In this document: positions 25,827 to 37,074 of the stretch, in pieces
How the letters are laid out: each line of letters starts with the position of its first letter
How positions within the stretch are numbered: position 1 is the first letter of the stretch
NCBI RefSeq assembly: GCF_030684315.1
Contig: NC_081381.1
Span: forward strand, 29,871,514-29,935,513
Direction of reading: 5' to 3'
DNA from: Stegostoma tigrinum
Lineage: Eukaryota
DNA: 64,000 nt
Position numbers and translations under genes: made by a program
Notes under the pieces: model-generated
The model's input: only the letters and a program-made list of their open reading frames with translations
Database searches by the model: none
Told to the model about the DNA's origin: nothing

Positions 25827-26255
25827 TCATTTTTGCATTTCAGAAATGGTTTTTCTAAATAAGCCAAAAGACTTTTCCAAGGCATGTGCTGATGCTGCAG
25901 TGAGAGGAGTTTCATCCCATTGATTAGTGGCGTCCATATTGGCCCCTTTGCTTAGCAGGAGGTGGATGGTCTGCTCATGCCCCTTCTCAGTGGCCAGGTG
26001 GAGTGGAGTTTTCTGCAGCCAGCCCCGGGCTTCAATGTCAGCTCCATGGTTTATTAGATATTCTACAACTGTAGTGTCACCTCTCTCTGCTGCTCGGTGA
26101 AGCGCTGTCATCTTCAAGCTGTCTCGGATGTCCACACTGATCCCTCGTTGTGTCAGCACTTCCATTATTTGGAGATGACCCCTCACTGCTGCAGCTTGAA
26201 GAGCAGAAACTCTATTACTGTCTGCAGCTCCACGTGCAAGTAAGTCTGTGATTAC
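25827..26255 (-). CDS. ANKRD65: ANKRD65 last coding exon (VITDLLARGA...GWLQKTPLHLATEKGHEQTIHLLLSKGA...SEMQK*)
   Basis: tttgtttcctgtAG acceptor, 143 codons. GWLxKTPLHLA..KGH and NQW resemble the human ANKRD65 C-terminus; position between MRPL20 and TMEM88B matches known synteny. Confidence 0.88.
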   Translation of the reverse strand, partial: VITDLLARGAADSNRVSALQAAAVRGHLQIMEVLTQRGISVDIRDSLKMTALHRAAERGDTTVVEYLINHGADIEARGWLQKTPLHLATEKGHEQTIHLLLSKGANMDATNQWDETPLTAASAHALEKSFGLFRKTISEMQK

Positions 26256-27208
26256 CTACAGGAAACAAAGAACAACGCATTATGCTCTAAGTAGTGTCTG
26301 TGCTGAACTTTATAGAGAAGTGCTATATATAATAAAGCACAAAATGAGGCTTTACTAGTCCATTTTGGCTCCCTGCAATTAGTCTCACTCATCCCTTCCA
26401 CAACAGCTCCTCCACCACCCTATCTTAATCCAAATTTTTCTGCAATTGCTTAGCCATGCCCTTTTGGAAATTTCAGTTGTACCTGACTTCACCTGGGGCA
26501 GCGGTAGAAATTATGGATCTGGTATTCTCCTGGCCTGGACACCTGACCCAGCTCGACAGTAAGGCCCAGCCCCCATCTGAGCCTAGCAGGTCCTCCTGAA
26601 GCCGAGGGCCTGTACATGCCCTTCCCACTAACACCCTCCTGCCCTGGTCCCTGTCTTAACCATTCTCTCTGGTTGTTCAGGTCCCTAAAGCTTTGTCTGC
26701 ACATCCATCCAATGAGTGCAAAAAAAAAACAATGATGTCAGATGTTAATATCTGATGTAGAAGTAGGACTGGGAATGTGTGGGAATTAGGAGCAGGTGTG
26801 GGCTAGTCAGGTTGTAGTCTCAATTCCACTTTCCTGTCTGCCTTGTCTAGCAAAAACCTAATCCTTCAAATTGAAATTCAATGACCCTGCCTTTCCTGCT
26901 AACTGCAGTTGAAAATTTGGCAAACTAACAACTCTCAAAAAGCATCCAATCTCCTCATCTTTGTGTTAAGAGGGAAACCCCTTATGTTTAGTGTCTTCTA
27001 ATACAGATCTCCTACAAAGAGGAAGCATCCTCTGTCATTTCCCTCAGATTGCCCCATATTCACCTAAACTGCAATGGGAGTACGCTCAACATGTTCAATG
27101 TTTCTTCATAAGAGAAGCCTTTCATCCCAGGAATGAGTAAAGGGAATCATCTTTGATCTGCATCTAATACAGCTGTATCTCTCATGAATAAGGAGAACAA
27201 AACTATAG

Positions 27209-27373
27209 ATAACAAAGTGTGGAGCTGGATGAACACAGCAGGCCAAGCAGCATCTCAGGAGCACAAAAGCTGACGTTTCGGGCCTAGACCCTTCTCTAGG
27301 CCCGAAACGTCAGCTTTTGTGCTCCTGAGATGCTGCTTGGCCTGCTGTGTTCATCCAGCTTCACACTTTATTA
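27209..27373. mobile_element. Palindromic PLE-derived mini-element (ANKRD65 intron)
   Basis: Inverted arms of the PLE 3' end folding back inside the hammerhead motif (ggcctagacccttc|tctaggcccgaaacgtc). Confidence 0.88.
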
Positions 27374-28017
27374 GCTGCCCATCTGAACCATTTTTTCCAA
27401 TGTTAACTCAATGCGGCATTGGAAGCACTGAGCATGCAAATTAAATGAGCATTCAGGCTGGATGCCGGGGGATTGTATCATCACACTTCTGGACTATATT
27501 CTCATCGTGCGAGTCAATTTCCATAAATGTATCATTTTCAGGCATGAATAATAGCTTTCAAACCCTGAAGGTATCTCTGACAGACCTGAATATGCAAAAA
27601 TAAAACAAAGAACCACAGATGCTGAAGTTCCGAAACAAAAACAGAAAATTGCTGGAGAAATTCAGCAAATCTGCCAGTGGAGAGGAAGCAGAGTCAATGT
27701 TTCAAGTCCAGTGACCCTTCATCAGAATTACCAACACATTCCCACTCCCAACTTTCCAAAGAAGTCTGTTCATAAAATTAAAGGTTGTCAGGGGTGGGGG
27801 GGTGTGCAGTGGGAGCAAGGTGTAGAATGTGGCACATTTTAGCCCTTTACTGATATATAAACTATGGATGAGCTTGGCTGTAGTAATTTTAAGAAATTGT
27901 GTTTTTGCTTGAGTGCCAAACAGAAACAGAAGCTTATGTGCAATCTGGTTCTACCAATGCATTGTGATCATGGCTGTGATATATTGTTGGTCATGTTAAC
28001 ACTAGAACTGTTCCTAC

Positions 28018-28567
28018 CTCCTGATGGCCATTAGCAGCAGCAATTGATAATGCAGTCCTTCCCACAGCATCTTCAGCATTGACCAAGGCTCTGTTGTCCA
28101 GCAGCAATTGAATAATTTCACTGTTTCCAACTTCCACTGCCAGATGCAAAGCTGTCATGTTGTCACTTGTTGTATAATTGACTGAAGCTCCTTTCGAAAG
28201 TAGAAATTCTACTATGTGGGCTTGGTTGCTCACAGCTGCCCAGTGCAATGGAGTCCAGCGTCTTGCATCAGACATGTCTTGGCTGGCACCGTAGCTCAAG
28301 AGTTGCTGCAGGGTCATTATGTGCCCGCTTGCAGCTGCACAATGCAATGGTGTCAGCCCAGAGCTGGTATGTGCACTTGTCAAAGCTCCCCGATGCAGCA
28401 GGTACTCAGCAATCTGGCTGTGCCCATTCCACGCGGCTCGATGAAGAGCAGTCCAGCCATGTCTGTCTGTGGCATCGATTGGTGCTCCCCGGTGAACAAG
28501 AAACTTAACCAGTGCCAGACAGCCACTAAACGCTGCATGATGTAGAGCAGTCCACCCATATTCATCC
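28018..28567 (-). CDS. ANKRD65: ANKRD65 middle exon (DEYGWTALHHAAFSG...GRTALSIAAANGHQE), about 5.5 ankyrin repeats
   Basis: cactcgcAG acceptor, 550 nt (1 nt + 183 codons, phase-compatible with the previous exon), GTAGGA donor; repeated TxLH motifs. Confidence 0.9.
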
Positions 28568-28735
28568 CTGCGAGTGATAAGATGACAATGTCAGAGCAGC
28601 TAAGTGCTTAACTCTTCCCACACAATGTGTGCAAACTGCATGTCATGGATTCTGCCCAGCCTTGTTCATTTTCTGAGAAAAGCTCCAGAAAATACCCCCT
28701 TCTAAATTACCAAAATTAAACATATTCTATTGTGC

Positions 28736-28887
28736 CAGAGATAATGGGAACTGCAGATGCTGGAGATTCCAAGATAATAAAATGTGAGGCTGGATGAACA
28801 CAGCAGGCCAAGCAGCATCTCAGGAGCACCTGTGCTCCTGAGATGCTGCTTGGCCTGCTGTGTTCATCCAGCCTCACATTTTATTAC
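28736..28887. mobile_element. Palindromic PLE-derived mini-element, 15-bp TSD (ANKRD65 intron)
   Basis: Near-perfect inverted arms centred at about 28830; TSD CATATTCTATTGTGC at 28721-28735 and 28888-28902. Confidence 0.9.
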
Positions 28888-29473
28888 CATATTCTATTGT
28901 GCAACCATTCTCTAACATACCAGAATACAACCAGGGACGGGGAAAGATCACTTGATTATCGACCACCATCAATCCACTCCCCAATTTATACTATCACCTG
29001 AGATTTTAAAAAAAACTCTGGCAGACTTGGAAGAGAAAGTTCCTCGATGTGCCAAGGCTCTGAATGGGGCTCAAAACTCAATGTATTTGAACTTTGCAAC
29101 GCTGAGCCTCTTCTGCTGTGCAGTATTTGATTCCTTTGAATGCTCTTATATGATGGAACCTCTTGAGTTCAGAAGAGGCAGCCAAATTGGCTGAAGTTTG
29201 GAGTCAAGGAAATTCTCAAACTCCTCATACCTGAAGAAGTGAAAGAAGATTGATGAAGAATGTTCATTGCCCAGGAGATTAGCTTAGGGTATCCAGGAGA
29301 ATTTTGAAACCATCAAAGGATTTGAAGGAGAACCATTGGTCGCTTGGTGCCCAGGCAGCAGTGTGTAAACTACCTACAACACTACTCTACTGACTCCTAT
29401 GGTATGTACATAATGCCATTTCACAATGACCCTCTGGGTCAGTGCATTTTCGCAGCAATAACTGGCTGCCTAC

Positions 29474-29652
29474 CTGCCATCTATTGGTGCACCACGCTGT
29501 AACAGTGTCTTCACAATGCTGCTGTTGCCACTATAAACTGCCTGGTGGAGATCAGTCCATTTGCCCTGTTTTATGCCTCCTGTCATATCATGTTCCACCT
29601 CACTGACTGCTTCACTGTCATCCACCAGTCTCCGAAACAATTCCATTGTCAT
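29474..29652 (-). CDS. ANKRD65: Ankyrin repeat domain 65, first coding exon (from MTMELF; exon acceptor at 29707)
   Basis: WTDLHQAVYSGNSSIVKTLLQRGAPIDG is an ankyrin repeat. AG|GTAGG phase-2 donor; polypyrimidine acceptor at 29708-29730. The start Met is uncertain because the frame is open back to the acceptor. Confidence 0.8.
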
Positions 29653-30343
29653 CCCAGGGATGTCCTCCTCCTGTCCAGAGTCAGTGAGCTTAACAAACCA
29701 TTCAAAACTGGAAAATACAAAGAAAACAATATTTTGAATGTTTTGAGGGGTAATGTCTGTACATGTATGATTTTTAAAAAATGACACAGTATAATTGGAA
29801 TAGGAAAGGGATAGGAAAAGGAGCTGCATATTGATTTGCCTTGATTTATTTTAGTCACATGTACCCGAGTACAGTGAAAAGTTTTGTTTTGCGAGCAGTA
29901 CAAGCAGATCATAGCAAACAAGGACATACAGATCATAGGGAGCTTAGACAGTGAGGCATACAATGTTACAGCTGCACACGAGGTGCCCTAGGCAAGATCA
30001 ATATTAGCAAGATCAACAGTAGTTTAAGTTACAGGGGTCCATTCAGCGTTTGAACTTGAGAGATGGAATTGGTGTGGGATGTGGCATTTTCAATATTTGT
30101 CCTTCGTAAAACCTTTTTAGAAATTTGGGACAGGTGCAGAATATATCATAGTTCCTACAATTTGTGCTTTCCTATCCTCAGCTCAAGCATGCCTGAGTGT
30201 TCTTGATATCCAGCATTGAGAAAGCTGTTGGAGGATTCACAAAACAAAACGCAAAAGCTGAGAAATGTCACAACTTGTTAAAGGTCTCACAAATCAGCAC
30301 AATCAACTCTTCATTGCGGAGGCCAGTCATACCATGGCCAGGA

Positions 30344-30565
30344 TAACAAAGTGTGGAGCTGGATGAACACAGCAGGCCAAGCAGCATCTCAGGAGCACAA
30401 AAGCTGACGTTTCGGGCCTAGACCCTTCATCATTTGTTGATGAAGGGTCTAGGCCTGAAACGTCAGCTTTTGTGCTCCTGAGATGCTGCTTGGCCAGCTG
30501 TGTTCATCCAGCTTCACACTTTGTTATCTCGGATTCTCCAGCATCTGCAGTTCCCATTATCACTG
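30344..30565. mobile_element. Palindromic mini-element derived from the PLE family A 3' end, 15-bp TSD
   Basis: Arms of about 89 bp around a TTTGT loop (30433-30437), plus a tail of about 40 nt; TSD ATACCATGGCCAGGA at 30329-30343 and 30566-30580. Confidence 0.9.
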
Positions 30566-31489
30566 ATACCATGGCCAGGAGCCTGTTAACAATTCTTAAG
30601 ATATAGCCAAACCTACAAAGAGGTAGCAAGAACTATCCTGCCTTACTACTTCACTGACACTTGCAAAAAGCAGGGGTTACATTTACGGCAACATTTCTTT
30701 GCATGCGCTCACTTTCCTGTTATTTCCTTTTTTTTAAAGGAGACAAGAACAGCAGGAGATGGGAACCAAAGAACAGAAAGTCTTCGCCAGCAGGTCATAC
30801 AAAGGACATTTTGAAGACAAGAAAGTTTAGAACTATTAGAGGAAAAGTGGAGGTTATACGTCCAAGATTCTCACAGGATTTGACCTAGTAGATGCAGAAA
30901 GATTATTTTCCCCTGTGGGAAAGCCCTACAACCAGAGGACAGAAGGGGTCACACATTTAAGATACAGATGAGGAGGAATTTCTTCTTCAATCTTTGGAAT
31001 GATTTATTGCAGAGGGCTGTCGGGGCTAGATTATTAAAGTGATATTAGGGCTGAGGTAGTCAGGCCTTTCATCAGCGAGGGAGTCATTGGTTATATGGAG
31101 AAGACCGGGAAGTGGAGTTGAGGATTATTGGATCAGCCGTGACCTCATTGAATACTGCAGCAGACTTGATGGGCCAATTGGCCTATTGTGCTCCTATATA
31201 TTATGGTCTCTTAGGGGGAGGCAGAGAGGCCCATCCCAATGTGCATCATTTTTGTTTCATTGATGAGATGCAAAAACCTTGACAAAATACCAGCCATTTA
31301 CCTGCACAACCACAATGTGCTGCTGATGAAAAATTACCCCTATGTCTAATTTACCAGCCTGAAGCAGAGTCACTGCAAATGCTAACTCTGTTTTCTCCCC
31401 ACAGCTTCTGCCAGATCTGCTGAGTTTCACCAGCAATTTCTGTTTTTGTTTCTGATCTCCAGAATCAACAGCTATTGTTTTAGAAATAG

Positions 31490-31677
31490 TATGAACTGCA
31501 GATGCTGGAGAATCTGAGATAACAGGGTGTAGAGCTGGATGAGTACAGCAGCAAAGCAGCATCAGAGGAGCAGGAAGGCTGGTGTTTCGGGCCTTGACCC
31601 CTCTTCAGAACCCTTCCTGCTCCTCTGATGCTGCTTGGCCTGCTGTATTTATCCAGCTTTGCACCGTGTTATCTCAG
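31490..31677. mobile_element. Older palindromic PLE-derived mini-element
   Basis: Diverged inverted arms (gcagcatcagaggagcaggaagg / ccttcctgctcctctgatgctgc). Confidence 0.75.
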
Positions 31678-31744
31678 GTATTTGTTTTATTCTAACTTAT
31701 TGTTGGTGTTTTGTTTCTAACATTGTCTTGACTCATTATAATAT

Positions 31745-32856
31745 CCAGCTCTGAACTCTGCTCTGAAACATAATGGCCTGGATGATTTTTATGTGAATTA
31801 CTGAAGGAAACATTATTGAATCAAGCATCTCACTATTGGCCAATAGCTTGACTATCATTTGAGTGAAGTGCATCTGCAAGTTGCTAAAACAAAGTCTTTA
31901 AACACATGACTTCCATTCTGATTAATGTAAAGGAAGAAATTTTAAATATCATTGACTTTTTCAATTTGTGAAGCAATTTTTCTCGAAGAATGTCATGTAA
32001 GTACAAAACATCGTGAAGGAATCATGTGCTTATAATGTAAGAACGATACCTGATGATGAATACATTAAAAATCATCAATATATTCTGTTCCTTTTAGGTT
32101 CAGTCATGAGGTGTGAAGACCAGCCCTCCTTGGTGTGTCTGCAGCACTATTCTGTCAGGGTGTACAACAAGCACTCGTTGTTTGCAATGGGTCAATAGAG
32201 TCATAGCGTCACACAGCATGGAAACAGACCCTTCGATCCAACCAGTCCATGCCGGCTGTAATCCCAACTAAACTAGTCTCACCTACAGCTCCTGGTCCAT
32301 TTCCTACAAACCTTTCCTATTTATGTACTTATCTAAGTGTCTTTTAAACATTGTAACTAAACCTGCATCCACCCCTTCCTCAGGAAGTTCGTTCCATGTG
32401 ATGCCTTTTTAAAATCTCTCTCCTCACCTTAAAAGTATGGCCCTAGTCTTGAAATCCCCCAACCTAGGGAAAAGGCACCTCTCATTAACTCTATCTATAC
32501 CTCTCATGAGTTTACACCTCTATTATGTCAACCTTCCACCGCCTACGCTCCGGCGGAAAAAGTCCCAGCCTATCCAGCCTCTCTTTATAACTCAAACCTT
32601 CCATACCCGGCAACGTCCGGCAACATTTGCTTCACAAATTGAAAAAGTCAATGATATTTAATTTCTTCCTTTACATTAATCAGAATGGAAGTCCTGTGTT
32701 AAAAGACTTTGTTTTAGCAACTTGCAGATGCACTTCACTCAAATGATAGTCGAGCTAATGGTCAATAGTGAGGTGTTTGATTCAATAACGTTTCCTTCAG
32801 TAATTCACATAAAAATCATCCAGGCCATTATGTTTCAGAGCAGAGTTCAGGGCTGG
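31745..32856. repeat. About 230-bp inverted duplication (31745-31976 vs 32627-32856)
   Basis: The reverse-complement match is visible over the full length with scattered substitutions. Confidence 0.92.
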
Positions 32857-32900
32857 TAAGTCTCTTCTGAACCTTCTCCAGCTTAATAATATCCTTCCTA
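32197..32900 (-). mobile_element. CR1 3' end containing an inverted copy of flanking DNA
   Basis: Typical antisense CR1 3' end; interrupted at 32627-32856. Confidence 0.8.
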
Positions 32901-33900
32901 TATTAACAGTAAGACAAACTTCATCAAGAAATCGGTCTTGTGATTAGTTTATAGTCATTGAATCTTTTTTAAAGTTGATTCAAGAGATGTGGCCTTTGCA
33001 GGCTGGGTCAGCATTTTGTTGCTGCTCCTTAATAGTTCCTGAGAAGGTACTGTTGGAATGTGAGAGTGTAAATGGGGACGAATTTTTGCCAGAATTGAAA
33101 AAGCAGCTCAATACTGTTCAAGGAACAAACGATAGAGACTGGGAAAGTGGCTATTGGGTAGTTCCTTTGAGACATGAAGCTAATTCAGTTCAATGCAATT
33201 CAATATAAAGAAAACATTCCTAATTTCTCCTGGTATTGCACATGGAGACCAAAGGATTCCCCGGATAACTGCATGGATATAATTCAGTTCTCGTTTTAAA
33301 ATGGCTGTGATAGTGGGAATCCTTTAAAAACTAGAGGAACAGCAGCAGCAGTCACATGTAAAGGGATGTCAGCATGTTGTACGTGGCCAAACGAGGAATC
33401 CAAGAGGTAAGATGGCTGTTTGACGGTGGCCCACCTTGTCCGTGGGGTCTTCCGGCCCAGACATTGAGTGATCGTGAGCAGCTGTGCAGGCAGAGTTTGG
33501 TTTACAAACAGTGGAGATGTCTGAGGAGAGCCACAGGCCTCCAGCCCAGTTGATGTTGCGATGCCTTTGACATTCAAAGTTGCAGCAATCTGCATCCACT
33601 GGGGTTGGCTCATTGCAGGCTGCAGCTGGAGGCAGAGCTAACCGCGGGGCACACTCCCATGAAGCAGATTCGAGATTTACTCATTGTCAGGGCTAAATAT
33701 TTCATCAGATTCCACATTCTCTTTTCATGTCTACATCCTGCAGCAGTCTGACATAGGCCCTCTCTTGGACATGGAACCACATATTTCCTGTCCACTGCTA
33801 TCAGACAGGCTAGACCTGCTCGTTAAACTTAATGTCAAGGGAAACAAGGGAAGCCAGGAGATAACACAGTGTGGAGCTGAAGGAAGAAGAAAAGGGGCTT

Positions 33901-33982
33901 GTAGTTGTGGCTGAGTGGCTAAGCTGATGGATTCGAAATCCATTTGGGTTTCCCCATGCAGGTTTGAATCCTGCTGACTTCA
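33901..33982 (+). pseudogene. Decayed tRNA-Ser (anticodon position CGA) or tRNA-derived SINE head
   Basis: Colinear with vertebrate tRNA-Ser GTAGTCGTGGCCGAGTGGTTAAGGCGATGGACTNGAAATCCATTGGGGTTTCCCCGCGCAGGTTCGAATCCTGCCGACTACG, but body CpGs are deaminated and the T-loop has changed TTCG>TTTG. Confidence 0.85.
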
Positions 33983-34221
33983 TTTCTGCAGCGTGCAGGT
34001 TTTAAACAACTTTGTGTTGGGTGATTTGTCACTCAAGCTCACAGCTAAGGGGTTTGTAGGTAAGCCGGAAGGCTAAATAAGGTAGTCAATGAGTGGTTCT
34101 TGAGGGAGCTGAACCTATACTGGTCCCCTAGTTCCCTACAGCAGAAAACTCCATAAGATTGATTCAAGAAAGGGACACTGTGCGAAACTGCCCAGAGTTT
34201 AGTTCTTAAAACACCTTTTGT

Positions 34222-34677
34222 TTTAAGGACAAACTGGCAGAAAGCTAGCCACCAGGGTACATGAACATCAACTAGCCACAAAACGACATGACCCACTATC
34301 ACTCGTATCCTTACATACAGATGAGGAAGGACACCACTTTGATTGGGACAAAACATCCATCCTAGGAAAAGCCAAACAGAGACATGCACGAGAATTCCTA
34401 GAAGCATGGCATTCCAACCGGAACTCCATCAACAAACACATTGGCTCCAAATCAATCTACCATCCCCTGAGAAAAAGAACAGGAAATGACATCACCAACC
34501 CAAGGAAACCTAACCAGATAAATAGAAAGCGGGACATAACACCAGCGCCTCGTCGGAGGCTCACTGATGATGTTACCTAGAATGGTGACGAAACGTCTGA
34601 AAACTAATCTTCCAGCTCAGCGAGCAAACTCACATCCAGAACCTCAACCTGAGCTACAAATCTTCTCAAAACTCGCT
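34222..34677 (+). mobile_element. Poseidon-like PLE 3' fragment with 12-bp TSD
   Basis: Near-identical to 22577-23021; TSD AACACCTTTTGT at 34210-34221 and 34678-34689. Confidence 0.9.
34561..34600 (+). ncRNA. Minimal hammerhead ribozyme motif (PLE family B)
   Basis: TCA-CTGATGA-T-GTTACC-TAGAAT-GGTGAC-GAAA-CGTC-TGA: 3-bp stem I, 6-bp stem II, ACGT palindrome. Confidence 0.8.
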
Positions 34678-35651
34678 AACACCTTTTGTGTTTTGCGATG
34701 GGGATCTTACGCTAATATGAATTACATGGTGTGGGGAGGCTTGTTTGTTGGGCTGAATGGCCTATTTTTCAGCCATAATGGAAACAGCAAGCAGTTGAAG
34801 CATCCCAACAATAAAATGGTGTTGGACAGCAGCCAGAAACTGCAGCCGTTCCCACAGTGATTGATCCAATCATATCACAGAAGGTGCTTTTATTCTGAAA
34901 TATGTTAAACTTCAATAATTGACTTGCACTCCTGTTTTTGATGAAATAGCATTTCCCACGGGTGTTTAACCTTGAACATTCTTTTTTGATTAAAATTTCA
35001 TCAAACAAATAAAATAGACACTGTGGTGGCCTCCTACACTGTAATATGTTTTCTGGCATAGCTACAAATAGTCTCCTGCTGATTCCCCACTGCAGGAAGA
35101 AAGGGAACTTTCCAAATTCAGGAACCAATGGCTAAATTCACTAACCAGCAGAAAACATCTGGTCACACTCTCCTTCGCTCAATGTTGAGACTTTTGAGGA
35201 CCATTTCTCTTGGTCTCTTGCAGCTGCTTACTGAGCTAAATTGCCTGGATGCTTTATTTGCATTAAATTGGCGTCTATGGGTCGATACAGGCTAACTGCA
35301 TTGACTTAATCTATAGAGAGAAAAGATTTAGTAATTTGTGGGAGTGACACTGTAAGAAGCTCCACACGATGTTTGACAGCACAACCTCACGGTTTACAGT
35401 TGTAATGTCAGGACAGGGCAAGAGCTTAGGAGAATGGTTCCATTAACCCTTTCTCACTCTCCATCTCATTGACCAGGATTGAAAACTTCATGATATGGTA
35501 CTTCTGTGGGAAGTGTTGGTCTAGTAGTAAACTCACTAGATTAGCAATCTCAAGCCTCAGGATAATGTTCCAGGGACATGGGTTTGGGCAGATGATGATA
35601 TTTGAATTCAATAAGCATCTAGAGATTTTTTAAAAAGTTAGTCTAATAACA

Positions 35652-36033
35652 AGTGGAGCTGGAGATTCACTGCAGGCCAGGCAGCATCAGAGGAGCAGGA
35701 AAGTTGACGTTTTGGGTCGGGACCTTTCTTTTTTTTTCCGAAGAAGATTCCTGACCCGAAACATCAACTTTCCTGCTCCTCTGATGCTGCCTGGCCTGCT
35801 GTGTTCCTCCAGCTCTACACTGTGTTATCTCTGACTGCAGGTGCTGAAAACTAGATATTGCTGGGAAAACTCAACAGATCTGGCAGCATCTGTGGTAAGA
35901 AAGCAGAGTTAACATTTTGGGTCCAGTGATCCATCTGTTCTGAGGAAGTGTACTGGACCTGAAACATTAACTCTGCTTTCTCTCCACAGATGCTGCCAAA
36001 CCTGCAGAGTAGTTCCAGTAATTTCTGGTTTTG
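35652..36033. mobile_element. Two adjacent palindromic PLE-derived mini-elements of different subfamilies (35652-35836; 35845-36033)
   Basis: Each has inverted arms and a degenerate CTGANGA...GAAAC motif near the centre. Confidence 0.75.
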
Positions 36034-36057
36034 TATCTTGTTTACTAATGTCCTTTA

Positions 36058-36560
36058 GAACATAGAACATAGAACAATACAGCGCAGAAAAGGGCCTTCG
36101 GCCCTTAATGTTGCGTCAACCTGTGAACTAATCTAAGCCCATTCGCCTACACTATCCCATCATCATCCATATGCTTATCCAAGGACTGTTTAAATGTCCC
36201 TAATGTGGCTGAGTTAACTACATTGGCAGGCAGGGCATTCCACCCCCTTACCACTCTCTGAGTAAAGAACCTGCCTCTGACATCAGTCTTAAATCTATCA
36301 CCCCTCAATTTGTAGCTATGCCCCCTTGTACAAGCTGAAGTCATCATCCTTGGAAAAAGACTCTCACTGTCCACCCTATCTAATCGTCTGATCATCTTGT
36401 ACGCCTCTATTAAATCCCCTCTTACCCTTCTTCTCTTCAAGGAGAACAGACCCAAGTCCCTCAGCCTTTCCTCATAAGACCTTTGCTCCACACCAGGCAA
36501 CATCCTCGTAAATCTCCTCTGCACATTTTCCAATGCTTCCACATCCTTCCTGCAATGGGG
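36058..36560 (-). mobile_element. Young CR1 3' fragment
   Basis: VQRRFTRMLPG..FFTQRVVRGWNALP; (CATAGAA)n tail on the plus strand. Confidence 0.9.
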
Positions 36561-36723
36561 TGAAGGGGAAAGGAAATCTGCCAGACTTACAGAGTCCGGC
36601 CGACATGTGACTCCAGCCACACACAGCAATGTGATTGACTCTCAAGTGCCCTCCAGAATTTAGTAATGGACAATAAACGCTGCTTTAGCCAGTGATGCCC
36701 ATGAACAACCTTTACAAAACTGG

Positions 36724-36876
36724 GATAACAAGGTGTAGAGCTGGATGAACACAGCAGGCCCTGGGTCTAGGACCGAAACATCAGCCTTCCTGCTCCCTGA
36801 TGCTGCTTGGCCTGCTGTGCCCATCCAGCTTGACACCTTGTTATCTCAGATTCTCCAGTATCTGCAGTTCCTACTA
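36724..36876. mobile_element. Palindromic PLE-derived mini-element
   Basis: gataacaaggtgtagagctggatgaacacagcaggcc ... ggcctgctgtgcccatccagcttgacaccttgttatc plus tail. Confidence 0.75.
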
Positions 36877-37074
36877 CCCTTTTACAAAACTGGCGCAGTT
36901 CTGCAGTCACCCCATGCTGACTTCATCAAAGTGGATCTACTGCAGCACCAAATAACTCAACAGTTATTTTCGCAGGAGTCTATATTTCAATAAAGTGAAA
37001 TTAGTTGAAGAATGTAATTGCAATTTAGTAATATCTTGGTCGGGGAGGGGGCGCGGCGGGGAAAACACATTCAG

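Noticed and set aside
27209-30565. Hairpins as pre-miRNA genes or DNA-transposon MITEs
   Set aside because: The arms are near-exact copies of the PLE 3' terminus with variable centres and long TSDs; small-RNA production is not excluded but unsupported.
33290-33830. Coding-like GC-balanced block (similar impression at about 51390-51660 and 57180-57470)
   Set aside because: No sustained ORF or recognisable protein; possibly decayed L1/Tx1 fragments, but not supportable by eye.
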